60,546 nt of DNA. Source: an uncultured Armatimonadia bacterium. Lineage in GTDB: Bacteria; Armatimonadota; Zipacnadia; CAVVLO01. The notes beneath the pieces were generated by a model. The model worked only from the letters and a program-made list of their open reading frames with translations. It was not told the DNA's origin and ran no database searches. Of this stretch, positions 45,237 through 55,823 are shown one piece after another. The translations under genes and the position numbers were made by a program. The stretch spans positions 1 through 60,546 of the forward strand of contig CAVVLO010000006.1 in NCBI GenBank assembly GCA_963749155.1, in the 5' to 3' direction. The first letter of the stretch is position 1, and each line of letters opens with the position of its first letter.

Positions 45237-48200
45237 TTACTGGGCCGGTTCCAGTCGCGGATTCACCCAGATGGCCCAATCGCAGTTGTTGCTGCCGAGG
45301 GAGTCCGTCACCAGCGAGATCAACACTACCTGCCCAGCCAGGCTTGACAGGTCTACCGAACTCTCGCGCAGCTTGCCTGAGCCTGGATCGCCCCCGTCCC
45401 AGGCAACCTGGCCGTTAACCAGCACTCGGAAGGCCACTTGTTCTCCGCCCGGCTGGATGGCAGCGCCCAGGGCCAGCTTGAGCGGTTCCTCCGGCAGGCG
45501 CAGCAGCCATTCCAGGTGCGTCTGGCCCCAGGAGGGAGTGTGGGCACCGATCCCCTTAAGCTCAGGTTCGACGCCTCGCCAACCGCTGGGTGTGCCCGAG
45601 CCGAAGACTGTGCCGGCTTGTATGACACTGCCCGAACCTAGCCCAGTGAAATAGGGCAAATCTACCAGCAAGCCTGGGCCTGTGACCTCGGCTAGCTCTC
45701 GGGCGTAGATGATCGAAGCCGGCAGCGAGACCTGTATGCTCGGAGTCGAAGGCTCCAGCAAGCGGTTGCCGTAACTGTCCGCCACAATCAGCACTCCCTC
45801 CCGCCTGGGTTGGGCCAGCTCGACAATTGTGGATTGCGCTGGCGCCTTGAGCGCGATGCGCGGTTCAGCCCAGAGCGCCCAGTCGAAGCTTGGATTCCCG
45901 TTGGGGCCGACATCGGTGACCAGCCTGAGGCGCAGTTCCTTGCCTCGCCAAGGGCTGAGGTCCACCTCAACAGGCTCAGCGCGTCGCTGGTCCCAGTGAC
46001 GCTGAAATACCTCTACTCCATCCACCAGTACCCGGAAAGTGGCGCCGTCCCCGTTCGGCATTTCTGGCGTGGGCAAATCGCGCAGGCCGATCTTCGTCTG
46101 GAAGCAGAGCCCCTCCAGTGTCCGGCAGCTTCAGCAGATACTCGCCAAAAGTCGCAGGACGGAAATCGGGGCTATACTCTCCCGCCTGGATGCTGGGCAG
46201 CTCGTAAGGCGGGTGCTCGAGGATCCCCTTCAAGGCGAGGGAACCCGTGAAGAAGCTATCGATCGCAAAGGTGCCGCCTTTCCCAATAGGCAGCTCTTGG
46301 CCCTCCACGATCAGATCCCGGTCACATCGGGGCGGATAACTGTCAGGTCCATAATATTTGACTGGAGAGGCTCCAGCCTTACCACATCGCGTCTTGCGTC
46401 ACTGCTGCCCAGACTCACCCGCACGGGGGCGCTGACCGATGTCACGTGGAAGCCCGACTCATCAGGCGCGCCGTCTTCGGGCATATAGATGGCAGTCGGG
46501 TCGAGCCCGAAAGAGCGCTCGCCCGAGAAGGCAAGCCAGCCAGGTATATGCACGGGGGCGTCCATCTCACTTACGCCCTGGTAGATGCGCCACAGTTCTT
46601 GCCACTGGCCCTCGGGCGCGCGTTCGATCCACTTGCGCCCTTCGTCGGTCTGCACCAGCGCCAGATCGCGCCCATCGGCCAGTTGCCAGGCGAAATAGGG
46701 CACTCTCGGGTTGTCTCCCTCCGCCGCCACAGGCTCGATAACCGTTTCATAATCGGGCACAGGTTCGTTTTCGAGGAAGAACTTCGCCTGCCTCAGCGCA
46801 TAGCGGGTGCCCGGCGAGTCGAGTTTTAACCCCTGGTTGAGGTCGAGGCAGAAAGTCGGCAGGCAGCCGGTCCGGTCCTGTGCCTCGGTAAAGTTGAAGA
46901 AAGCCTGCAGGTCGGTCTGCTGGTCAGGCAGTCCCAGATGGCCATACCCATAATCAAAATCGGAGAAGATGGCCGACCGCACTGGATGGTAGCGGCCCAT
47001 CGCCTCGTTGTTATTCCAGAAGGGTTCTCCAAACTGGGCCCACCAGCAGTCCAGCATATAGTCCGAGATGCCCTCGGTGCCCAGCGGCACCTGGGGCAGA
47101 GCAGCCTGGAGTTCGCGCAGCAACAGGGTGGCGCCCTGGATGGGATTCCTCCCCTCGATTGGGCCGGTGTCGGTGGTTACGATGAGAGGGAAATCCAGAT
47201 GCAGAGCATCGAACCCAGCGACCTTGTGGCTGGCAACGAAGCTGTCCACAATCAGCTTGCGCACCTTGGCGAAGGCGGGATTAAGGCAGTAGATCTGCCC
47301 AGGCGATTCGCGGTCGAGATACCAGCCGACCTCGCCGTGAGTGGCGGGGTCGCGCTCGATAGCGTCGCGGAACTCTTCGACCCGCGGATGCTGGGGCGAG
47401 ATGCCCACCAGGTTGCCATGCGCCATCACTTTGAAGCCCAGCTCATGCGCATAACGGATAAAGCTCAGCTGCCCACTCGTTGGGCGTGTAGTCGGGATAC
47501 ATAACATCATAGGGATTGGTGCGCCAGTGGGGCAGGTAGAGCAGCGTCTTGCTCGGTTCGACCTGGGCCGCCAGGTCACGGAGAGGGGTCTCGAAATCGC
47601 CTGTCCCAGTGATCTTAACGATACACCGGATGCTTCTTGCCCATTCAGGCTGGCGTTCAGCGATGGGGGTAAGGTCGAAGGCGTCGCGCAGTCTGGCCTT
47701 CTGCAGGTTCGCGGCAACCGGCCAGGCGCCCTGATATGCGGTGAAACGCCACTTGAGCGAGGCGCACTCGGTGCGGTCGTCCCAGGGGGCATCGGCCATT
47801 GTAAGCAGCGAGATGCGCCAGGCGGTCTTGAGCCGGGTGATGCGCATAGCAGCAAAGGCTGCAGCCGGGCTCATCGGCGCTCACCAGCACGCCGCCCTTC
47901 TGCCCCTGGATGATTAGCGCGGTGGTGCCCCAGGAACCAGGATAATAATAGGAGACATCCGCTACTTTGCTGTCCGCATCCAGTTCGACGCCCCCCACGC
48001 CTGGAATAAGCAAGCGCACCTGGTCGGCATCGAGCGGGCCAAGCCCAAGCCAGAGGCCTGCAACTCCGCCCTCTGCCCGCTCGCCCAACTGCTGGACGAG
48101 CAGGTCAGTGCCTTCAGTCGTTACCTGGGCCTCGAGGCTTGCGCCCTCTTCTCCGGCGCGCACCTCGCGCAGGTTGGGGCCTGGCGCCATATAACGCAGA

Positions 48201-48412
48201 GTTGATTCCACGCCGGCCGCCTCTACCTGGCGAGTATAAGTCTCGCCGGTAAGCAGGTTCTCAAGGCTTGTTATAGCGCCCTGACTCAAGTCGACGCGCA
48301 GGCTGGCAGTCTCTGCAGCGCCAGCCGCGGCCCAGGTCAGGGTCATCATCATCAGGGAAAGGGCATACCAGCAGCTAATAAGAACCTTGCGGGGCTTGCT
48401 GTGGTCGGTCAT
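45237..48412 (-). CDS. Large secreted hypothetical protein, GH-like catalytic region plus C-terminal NPCBM-like beta-sandwiches (frameshifts)
   Basis: RBS GGAGG before ATG 48412; signal peptide; YDVMYPDY, FDALHLD; repeated GDGATFRV..DLS..DWALWAEP / DWAIWVNP modules. Confidence 0.62.
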
Positions 48413-48570
48413 CAAGCGCCAACACCTCCGGATAAGAGCAAAGCAACGCGCTCGCTGGCAAGGTAGCACGGGGGGCGAAGGCTGTCAAAGCGCAGCAAGG
48501 GGGAACCAGCCTTCCGGCGGCGAAGGGGCGTGAGCAAGCTCCCGAAACACGCGAGAGGGGGGATTGGCCG

Positions 48571-49602
48571 TTGAATGATGACTTCACTTACGCGCCCTAT
48601 GGGCCATGGGGTAGGGTGCTTTGTGCATTGCCGTCGGTGCTCGCGCTAGTCGGCGTGGTGGCGACATTGCTAGTTGGGCCCCGAGACGACGCCGGCGCGC
48701 CTTTGTGGGCGGAGCGCCTATGGGGCGTGGCGATGTGTGCTGCTTTCGGGTGGCTTTTCAGTAAGACGACGTATGCGGTTGTGCGCCAGGGCGCGGTGCT
48801 GGAGTTCTACCTCCCGTTCTCGGTGCGGCGGGAGCCGAGGGCTAGCCGAGTCAGCGTGTTTAGCTGGGTCTGGTGGTCTCCAGGATACAACACACAGTTC
48901 GTCTTCGGGCTGCCAGGCCCGGTGTGGCGTCTGCCGTTCGTGTTCATGCAGGCCTTCACTCCGTGGCTGCTCGACCACGATCCGTACCTCATCCAACTGC
49001 GGCGCTTCCTCGAAGCTCTTCCGACACTAGATCCGGAAACGCGCATCGCCGCTTTCATGGCAAGACTGCCGCCCCCGCCCAAGGGCTTGCGGAGTAAGGA
49101 CTGGGGCGATGGGGCAACGGCCTACTCTCCGCCCAAGTGGCAGCTCGACCGGCTGTTGCTGAACGCTTTTCTGCTTCTCCTGATGTTGGCGAGCTGGGCG
49201 GCTGTCGCCTGGCTCACGTTGACGATACTAGCGCCCCCAGGCAAGCGCTTGCTGCAGCTCTTCTGGATCGTCCCCTGGGGCGCACTGGTCGCGTTGTGGC
49301 TCTGGTCCCTTCTCCGCTCCTCGATGAAGGTGACGTTGGGGAAGCAGCTCGTGCTGAAGCGCATCGTCGGGAGCGCGACCGTCAGGTGGGAGCGCATCAC
49401 CGCGCTGCGAGATGGCGGCTTCCGCAGTGGCGGGCTGACCTACCTGCCCGGCTGCGGCTATGCGAAGCTGCAGTATGTCGGGGAGGACGGCCGGTCGCGC
49501 TCGCTGGTCATCCCGCCGGTCTTCTGGCTCTCGGATGAGTTCCGCAAGGCCCTGCTGCCGAAGCTGGAAGAGAGGGGTAGACCGGGGCTGGTGATAGAAT
49601 AG
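48571..49602 (+). CDS. Membrane protein with TM plus bPH-like units, paralog 2
   Basis: Intact 343-aa ORF; MNDDFTYAPYGPWG vs MDDHFTYMPLGPWG; shared C-terminal GY..L.YV...GR.R..V.PP.F.L.DEF.KAL. Confidence 0.75.
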   Translation: MNDDFTYAPYGPWGRVLCALPSVLALVGVVATLLVGPRDDAGAPLWAERLWGVAMCAAFGWLFSKTTYAVVRQGAVLEFYLPFSVRREPRASRVSVFSWVWWSPGYNTQFVFGLPGPVWRLPFVFMQAFTPWLLDHDPYLIQLRRFLEALPTLDPETRIAAFMARLPPPPKGLRSKDWGDGATAYSPPKWQLDRLLLNAFLLLLMLASWAAVAWLTLTILAPPGKRLLQLFWIVPWGALVALWLWSLLRSSMKVTLGKQLVLKRIVGSATVRWERITALRDGGFRSGGLTYLPGCGYAKLQYVGEDGRSRSLVIPPVFWLSDEFRKALLPKLEERGRPGLVIE

Positions 49603-49783
49603 TTGGGGAGGTGCGCGCTTGAACGACAACGAGTTCAGACTCGTGCCTGACGACCATGTGGGGTGGGCGACGTTCTAGTCCTCGCCCCCAATGCCGCCTG
49701 TGTCATCGTGGGGCATAGGGCGGCAGATTCCAAAGGTTGTCCCTGTCTCGAGGCCGATCGCCGTGTGGGAGGTGTCTGGAGTT

Positions 49784-50254
49784 GTGAAACGAGCCAAACG
49801 GGTTCTTCTCTGCGTGTTGCTGGTGTTGGCGAGTACCCTCGTGGCCATCGTGGTGCTGTTGGTGAGCGAGAACGTACTTGAGTTTGCTGGAGTCTGTGGG
49901 CTGCGGTTCATCGTCGACCCTCTCGCGTATAGTGACACTGACTTCGATTCGCAGTCATGGCGTGATAGCCGGGATCCGTGGCAGAGGGTGTCCCCCTCGC
50001 CACGCTACAGTATGGCCAAGTCGCTTGTCCAAGATCACTTGCAGCCTGGCGCGCATAGGGCAGCAGTAAGAGAGCTACTCGGTCCGCCAGACCATGCACA
50101 TTCGGTCCGCGCCCCTTGTTCACGCGCGCAGCCCTATTGGGACTATGAACTGGGTCGGCCGCTGCCCGGCATGCGTGGTTATGACCGTACGCTACACATC
50201 TGGTTCGACAACGAGGGGAGGTATGTTAACTTCTCCGTCTCGGTTGATACCTAG
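49784..50254 (+). CDS. Membrane-anchored SmpA/OmlA-like protein, candidate orphan immunity protein
   Basis: N-terminal TM helix; FDSQSW..RYSM..VRELLGPPD..WDYELG pattern; sits directly before the Rhs array. Confidence 0.6.
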   Translation: MKRAKRVLLCVLLVLASTLVAIVVLLVSENVLEFAGVCGLRFIVDPLAYSDTDFDSQSWRDSRDPWQRVSPSPRYSMAKSLVQDHLQPGAHRAAVRELLGPPDHAHSVRAPCSRAQPYWDYELGRPLPGMRGYDRTLHIWFDNEGRYVNFSVSVDT

Positions 50255-51664
50255 CGCCTGACTCACGCTAGCGGCGCCTATACGACCTACACCTACACCT
50301 CGCGCAACTGGCTGGAGGAGCTCTCGAACCGCAAGTCGGATGAGACGGTGCTCTCCAGCTTCGCCTATGACCACGACGACTGCGGCAACCGGACCGAGCT
50401 GACCGAGGCCACGGGCGACGTCACCACCTATGCTTACGACTCCCTCTACGAGCTGACCGGGCAGACCAAGCGCAACTCGGGGGATGTAGTACAATATAGT
50501 TATAGCTACACTTATGACGACATCGGCAACAGGCTGACTCTTACCGACCAGGGGAGCGCGGTGACGACCTCCACTTACAACGCAGGCGGGCAGTTGATCG
50601 GGACGGATGCCTCCGGGACGCTGACGACCTTCACCTACGACGCCTCGGGCAATCTCGCCGCCGAGGTCACGAGCGCCGGGACGCGCTCCTACACCTGGGA
50701 CTACGACGACCGGCTTACCCAGCTAGAGAACCCCGACTCAAGCACCGTGGCGTTCGCCTACAATGCCGCGGGCAGGCTTTCCGGTCGAACTGAGACCTCT
50801 GCCGAGGACTCCACAACTGTGGAAGGTCGCTTGTATGACGGCGACAAACTAGTAATAACCAAAGACGGCGATGGAAATACCCAGGTCAGATACACTACGC
50901 AAGGGCCTGCTCCCTATTCTGATGTGATCAGCCAGCGCCAGAACAACCAGACTTATTACTACATGCTGGACGGCATACATAACGTCTATCAGGTGGTGGA
51001 CTCGCTCCTGGCAATCCGCAACACCTACGATTACGACTGGTTCCGCTATATGACTCAACGCAATGAGGAGATTCGAAACGACTACCATGTGAGTCTGTGG
51101 ACGACGTTGTATCTGGACTACTCACTCTACCAGGCAGAGCAGCTCTGCTATCAGGCGCTCTACGGCAGGAACATCCAGATGCCGTTTAACAATGCTCGGT
51201 TTACCAGCCTCCTTTATCCCGAGTTCGTGGCGCGGGACGCTGTATTATCGCCAACGCCGATGCGGTCGGCAGGGATTGGAGCGTCTGCGGGAGCGGGAGC
51301 ACTAATGTACTCCGACGAATGCTACGTCGAGCTCATTGACTGCTACCGTAGACTGGCTCGTGACAGCGGCGTCTCCTGGCTCGAAGCTTTCTGGGACATC
51401 TTCATGTTCTCCTGGCACAGCTATTTTCCGTCACTGTTCATCGGTGCCGGCTTGGTGGGAGCCAAGGCCGGCATTGGCTCGCTCCCACCATTACTCGTGG
51501 TTGGCCTCGGATGGACGATCGGGACAGCTGTCGCTGCGGTCCCGTACCAGCGGGCCTGCAACCTCGAAACCGAGATATGGAGGCAGAACTGCCGGGACGT
51601 CTACATCTTCTGCCTGAAACGCAACCAGTGGTTGGCAGGGAAGCGAGGACTTGACTGGCTCTAG
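50255..51664 (+). CDS. Orphan Rhs module 1: YD repeats, degenerate core and Cys-rich hydrophobic C-terminal domain
   Basis: YTYDDIGNRL, TYDASGNL, WDYDDRL repeats. Rhs-like coding begins right after the upstream stop codon, with no native N-terminus. Confidence 0.85.
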   Translation, partial: RLTHASGAYTTYTYTSRNWLEELSNRKSDETVLSSFAYDHDDCGNRTELTEATGDVTTYAYDSLYELTGQTKRNSGDVVQYSYSYTYDDIGNRLTLTDQGSAVTTSTYNAGGQLIGTDASGTLTTFTYDASGNLAAEVTSAGTRSYTWDYDDRLTQLENPDSSTVAFAYNAAGRLSGRTETSAEDSTTVEGRLYDGDKLVITKDGDGNTQVRYTTQGPAPYSDVISQRQNNQTYYYMLDGIHNVYQVVDSLLAIRNTYDYDWFRYMTQRNEEIRNDYHVSLWTTLYLDYSLYQAEQLCYQALYGRNIQMPFNNARFTSLLYPEFVARDAVLSPTPMRSAGIGASAGAGALMYSDECYVELIDCYRRLARDSGVSWLEAFWDIFMFSWHSYFPSLFIGAGLVGAKAGIGSLPPLLVVGLGWTIGTAVAAVPYQRACNLETEIWRQNCRDVYIFCLKRNQWLAGKRGLDWL

Positions 51665-51684
51665 CCGCGGTCTGTGTAGGAGGG

Positions 51685-52254
51685 ATGGCTGTGAGCGACC
51701 GGCAGCAGGCTGAGGGCGAGGTGTTCGGGTATAAGGTTCCCCGCCTGACCTTGCAGGTGGTCTCGAATGTCCTGCTGCCGGTCCTTTGCGTGGTCGCGTC
51801 GGCGGGGCGGTTGCACGCCGCGGTAGCACGGACAGGAATCGCCCCATACCCGGCCTACGGTACGCCTGCTGAGGGTATCGCCAACCTACTCTTCAGCTTG
51901 CTGTTCCTGGCATATATGGTACGCGTCTGCCTTGAGTTGCTCGGGCAGGAACGCAGAGCAAGCATCCTCTTGGCAGAGGCAGGCATCCGCTTGACCGACT
52001 GGCGGCGTCGAACCATCGCCATCAAGTGGGCCGCGTTATCAGAGGTGCATGTCCACCACGTGGAACTGTTTGGCCGCTGGACCTACATCACGCTTCGGGC
52101 CGGCTCGCACCGGCTCAAGCTGTCGCCCTACCTGGAGTCGCCGGACGAGTTGGTGGAGCGACTCTTGGACAGGACGGGTTTCACACTTGTGGCCACAAAG
52201 GGAGACTCCACGACCTACGGGCCACGGGACGAGGACCGGCCGCCGGTGCGGTAG
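51685..52254 (+). CDS. Membrane protein (2 TM plus bPH-like domain), putative immunity for module 1
   Basis: RBS GGAGGG; starts 20 nt after the CT1 stop; two hydrophobic helices. Confidence 0.7.
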   Translation: MAVSDRQQAEGEVFGYKVPRLTLQVVSNVLLPVLCVVASAGRLHAAVARTGIAPYPAYGTPAEGIANLLFSLLFLAYMVRVCLELLGQERRASILLAEAGIRLTDWRRRTIAIKWAALSEVHVHHVELFGRWTYITLRAGSHRLKLSPYLESPDELVERLLDRTGFTLVATKGDSTTYGPRDEDRPPVR

Positions 52255-52343
52255 TTGAGGCCGCGGGCCGCTGGGAACGGCTTGAGAGACTCAGGAAGGT
52301 CGAGGGAAAGAGCAACTAGCGCCAGGAGGAACGGCGCGGGCGG

Positions 52344-52352
52344 TGTTATAAT
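52344..52352 (+). promoter_or_regulatory. Candidate extended -10 promoter
   Basis: TGTTATAAT = TGnTATAAT in GC-rich DNA, immediately before Rhs fragment 2; no good -35 box. Confidence 0.5.
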
Positions 52353-52356
52353 CTAG

Positions 52357-53535
52357 TTACGACGACATCGGCAACAGGCTGACTCTTACCGACCAGGGGA
52401 GCGCGGTGACGACCTCCACTTACAACGCGGGCGGGCAGTTGACCGGGACGGATGCCTCCGGGACGCTGACGACCTACACCTATGATGCCTCGGGCAACCT
52501 CTCGACGGAGGTTACCAACGCCGGGACCCGCTCCTACACCTGGGACTACGACGACAGGCTGACCCAGCTGAGAACCCCGACTCAAGCACCGTGGCGTTCG
52601 CCTACAATGCCGCGGGCAGGCTTTCCGGTCGAACTGAGACCTCCGCCGAGGACTCAACGATTGCAGAAGGTTTCTTGTATGACGGCGCCAAACTCGTATT
52701 AACCAAAGACGGCAATGGAAATACCCAGGTCAGATACACTACGCAAGGGCCTGCTCCCTATTCTGATGTGATCAGCCAGCGCCAGAACAACCAGACTTAT
52801 TACTACATGCTGGACGGCATACATAACGTCTATCAGGTGGTGGACTCACTCCTGGCAATCCGCAACACCTACGATTACGACTGGTTCCGCTATATGACGC
52901 AACGCAATGAGGAGATTCGAAACGACTACCATGTGAGTCTGTGGACGACGTTGTATCTGGACTACTCACTCTACCAGGCAGAGCAGCTCTGCTATCAGGC
53001 GCTCTACGGCAGGAACATCCAGATGCCGTTCAACAATGCTCGGTTTACCAGCCTCCTTTATCCCGAGTTCGTGGCGCGGGACGCTGTATTATCGCCAACG
53101 TCGATGCCTCCCACAGGCGGGGAGCGTGCATACAGCTACCTGGACTGCAGCACGATCTATGAAGCGTGCCGGAACGAAGCATTAGGGCGGAGCAGCTTTC
53201 GTTGGATCGACGTAGGCGCTGGCGCTCTTTGTACAGGCTCCGGTATGCTTGGCCTGGGTGTCGATGCTTGCGGTAAGGGCTTCACAGAAGCGGAGCGAGG
53301 ACAAGGATACAGTCCCTGGCTTAAGTATGTTCAATGGGGATTCCGTGCTGTCTCTGCGGGACTCACCATTGAGGGCATCGGGCAGTTGGGGGAGGCATAC
53401 GGGTGTTATCGGATGCAGCAAGTACAGCTTGAGTCTTGCAAGACCGCACGTGACTGGTGCTTTGCGGCCTGCGATCGTGCGGCGGAGCGAGGGGTGCCGA
53501 TAGATGACGATAACCTCAGGGGCCTCTATTATTAG
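52357..53535 (+). CDS. Orphan Rhs module 2 (indel near 52570) with a different Cys-rich C-terminal domain
   Basis: 52357-53100 is nearly identical to ~50514-51256, then diverges abruptly. Confidence 0.85.
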
Positions 53536-54673
53536 CCGGTTCTTAAGTATGCTGGCGATAGTCTGCGCATCGCTGGTACTAGCCGGTTGCACCAAGACCG
53601 GGCTTGAGCAGGTGCCCATCGCGCCGCCACCACCGCCAGGCACTCGGCTGGTGACGAGAGCGCTGTTGGCCTCACCGGATGGGGCCAGTTTAGCGGTGGC
53701 GGTAGCACTCGTCCCGAAGGGCTCGCTCCTCGGCGACTGCTTGACAGTGATAGATACCACTAGTTGGAGCCCGGTCTGTCAGTACCCAGGTGAAGGTAGA
53801 CAGCTGCGCCCCATCATTTGGCTTACGAGAGAGCGTCTTCTATACAACGACTGGTGCCTGCTCTCGGGCAGAAGGAGTACGTTCGTGTGGGACACCACAC
53901 ACGACCTGCAGACAGGATTCCCTGCGAAGCTTGGCGACAAGTCTACGTTTTTTGTCTCAGACCACTGGCTCGTCCACCTGGGGTGGGTTAGGCGAGGCAA
54001 GCCGACATCCGAACCAGGCCCGGGCGAGTCGGGCTTCCCACGGCTGTGTATGTACGACCTGCAAGAGCAGCGGGCTGCGTACCTGGGCACGTTCAGCTCC
54101 CACGTGGTCGCTGTGCCTGTCGGGGTCTGGGCCCCGTCCGGAAACGAACCGCCTGAGGTCTTTGTCTTTGTAGCACAGCTCGAAAAGCCAGGAGCTTCCA
54201 CACCCAGTAATACGGCGCTGGTGGCAGTCTCGGTCCCCGGTGGGACGATCCGCCCGGTGATGTCGCTGCCGGGATGCAGCCACAGAGTCGCACTGGGAGG
54301 CGCTGGCGATACACTAGCCATAGGGGTGCGAACGGCTGACAACGACGCAACCGACCTTCATATCTACTCAGAGAGCGGCGGACAGCCCAGGGTCGCGACC
54401 TCCATATCTGATGCAGTCTTAGAGCTTGAGTGGTCTCCCGACGGCAAGCTGGTGCTGGCTCTGGGGGTACGTTCTCTGTGGTGTTTCGACCCCGCCACGT
54501 GTCACCTGCAAAACCTGCTTGTGGACGACACTAAGGCTGACGAAGCCTGCTGGCTGGGAGACAGTAAGCACATCATTGCCGCGCGCGGTGACAGACTGTG
54601 GCTGATAGAGCCGGAGAGCGAGACCACCAAGCCGGTGTTCGATCTCAACAGACTCGGCGTGCCGGGCACCTAG
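53504..54673 (+). CDS. Lipoprotein with TolB/WD40-like beta-propeller, putative immunity for module 2
   Basis: Lipobox LVLAGC; ASPDG and WSPDG repeats; overlaps or abuts the CT2 stop. Confidence 0.75.
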   Translation: MTITSGASIISRFLSMLAIVCASLVLAGCTKTGLEQVPIAPPPPPGTRLVTRALLASPDGASLAVAVALVPKGSLLGDCLTVIDTTSWSPVCQYPGEGRQLRPIIWLTRERLLYNDWCLLSGRRSTFVWDTTHDLQTGFPAKLGDKSTFFVSDHWLVHLGWVRRGKPTSEPGPGESGFPRLCMYDLQEQRAAYLGTFSSHVVAVPVGVWAPSGNEPPEVFVFVAQLEKPGASTPSNTALVAVSVPGGTIRPVMSLPGCSHRVALGGAGDTLAIGVRTADNDATDLHIYSESGGQPRVATSISDAVLELEWSPDGKLVLALGVRSLWCFDPATCHLQNLLVDDTKADEACWLGDSKHIIAARGDRLWLIEPESETTKPVFDLNRLGVPGT

Positions 54674-54689
54674 CACAGACCGCGTGGAA

Positions 54690-55695
54690 GCCGGGAGATG
54701 TAGTACAATATAGTTATAGCTACACTTATGACGACATCGGCAACAGGCTGACTCTTACCGACCAGGGGAGCGCGGTGACGACCTCCACTTACAACGCCGG
54801 CGGGCAGCGGCTCACGAAGGTCGAGGGCGGCACGACGACCAGGTTCGCCTACGACGGGGCGAAGGTAGTGCTGGAGCGCGACGGCGACGATGAGACCGAG
54901 GTGCGCTACACCCACGAGGGCGGCTCGCTCTACGACGACCTGCTGAGCCAGCGGCGCGACGGGGCCAGTTACGACTACCTGCTCGATGGGCTCGCGAGCG
55001 TGAAACAGATAGTAGATAGCTCCCAGGCCATCGAGAACAGCTATTCCTACGAGGCCTTCGGACAGGCGACGGTTGGCCAGAGCGACGTCTCCAACCCTTA
55101 CCTGTTCGTCGGCGGGTATGGGGTCCAGTGGGAGAGCACCCCGAGCCTCTACTTTATGCAGGCCAGATACTACGGCCCGGGCGTAGGCCGGTTCATCTCG
55201 GAGGATCCCTACGGCGGCTCCCCGCAGGACCCGCTGAGTCTGCACCGGTATCTCTATTGCGGAAATGGGCCGGTGGTCAAGACTGATGCGGCGGGGATGG
55301 TTGACTGCTGGATGTCGTCGCAAGGCGTGACCGCCGGGGCGGGCGTAGGCGTGGGGTTCTACATCGTCTCGCTCAACTGTGGCGGCACCTTCTACCGCTA
55401 TCGAGTCGTATGCCGCGGATGGTTCCCGGGACTCGGTCTCGGAGGCAGCTACCAGTTCTTTGCAGGACAGTTCTCTGATCCCGCACACATGGAGAACGCC
55501 TCCGGCTGGGGCATCACGGTCAGCGGGGGGTGGTTCAGCTACGAACATGGCGAGACTTCGCCGGGATGTACGTACAACATCGGGGGCGTGACATGTGGAC
55601 TGACGGTAATGCCCATCCAGGTGTTCGTCACGAACCATTGCACTTGGACACGAATACGCGGACTATTCGATTGGAGAGCGTACAGCGGCGAGTAG
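54690..55695 (+). CDS. Orphan Rhs module 3: canonical Rhs core plus Gly/Cys-rich beta-type C-terminal domain
   Basis: LYFMQARYYGPGVGRFISEDP...HRYLYCGNGPVVKTDAAG; internal in-frame deletion of YD repeats relative to the fragment at 56680-57051. Confidence 0.88.
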
Positions 55696-55823
55696 ATCGC
55701 TGCCGGCCGGCGCTGACGCCATGCATGCAGCTACTGAGGCCGGAAAGCGGGACAGCAAGCAACGCCACTATAGCAGTTGCTGCAGCCTGTGCGTCTCTGG
55801 AGACATAGGTGGGTGATTAGTTT

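Noticed and set aside
49784..50347. TAG read-through fusing the SmpA-like gene to Rhs module 1 (same frame)
   Set aside because: Other immunity/Rhs junctions are not in frame and there are no pyl genes; a one-in-three coincidence.
50514..53100. Near-identical Rhs segments as a diversity-generating retroelement
   Set aside because: Mismatches are not restricted to adenines, both copies are coding, and no RT is present.
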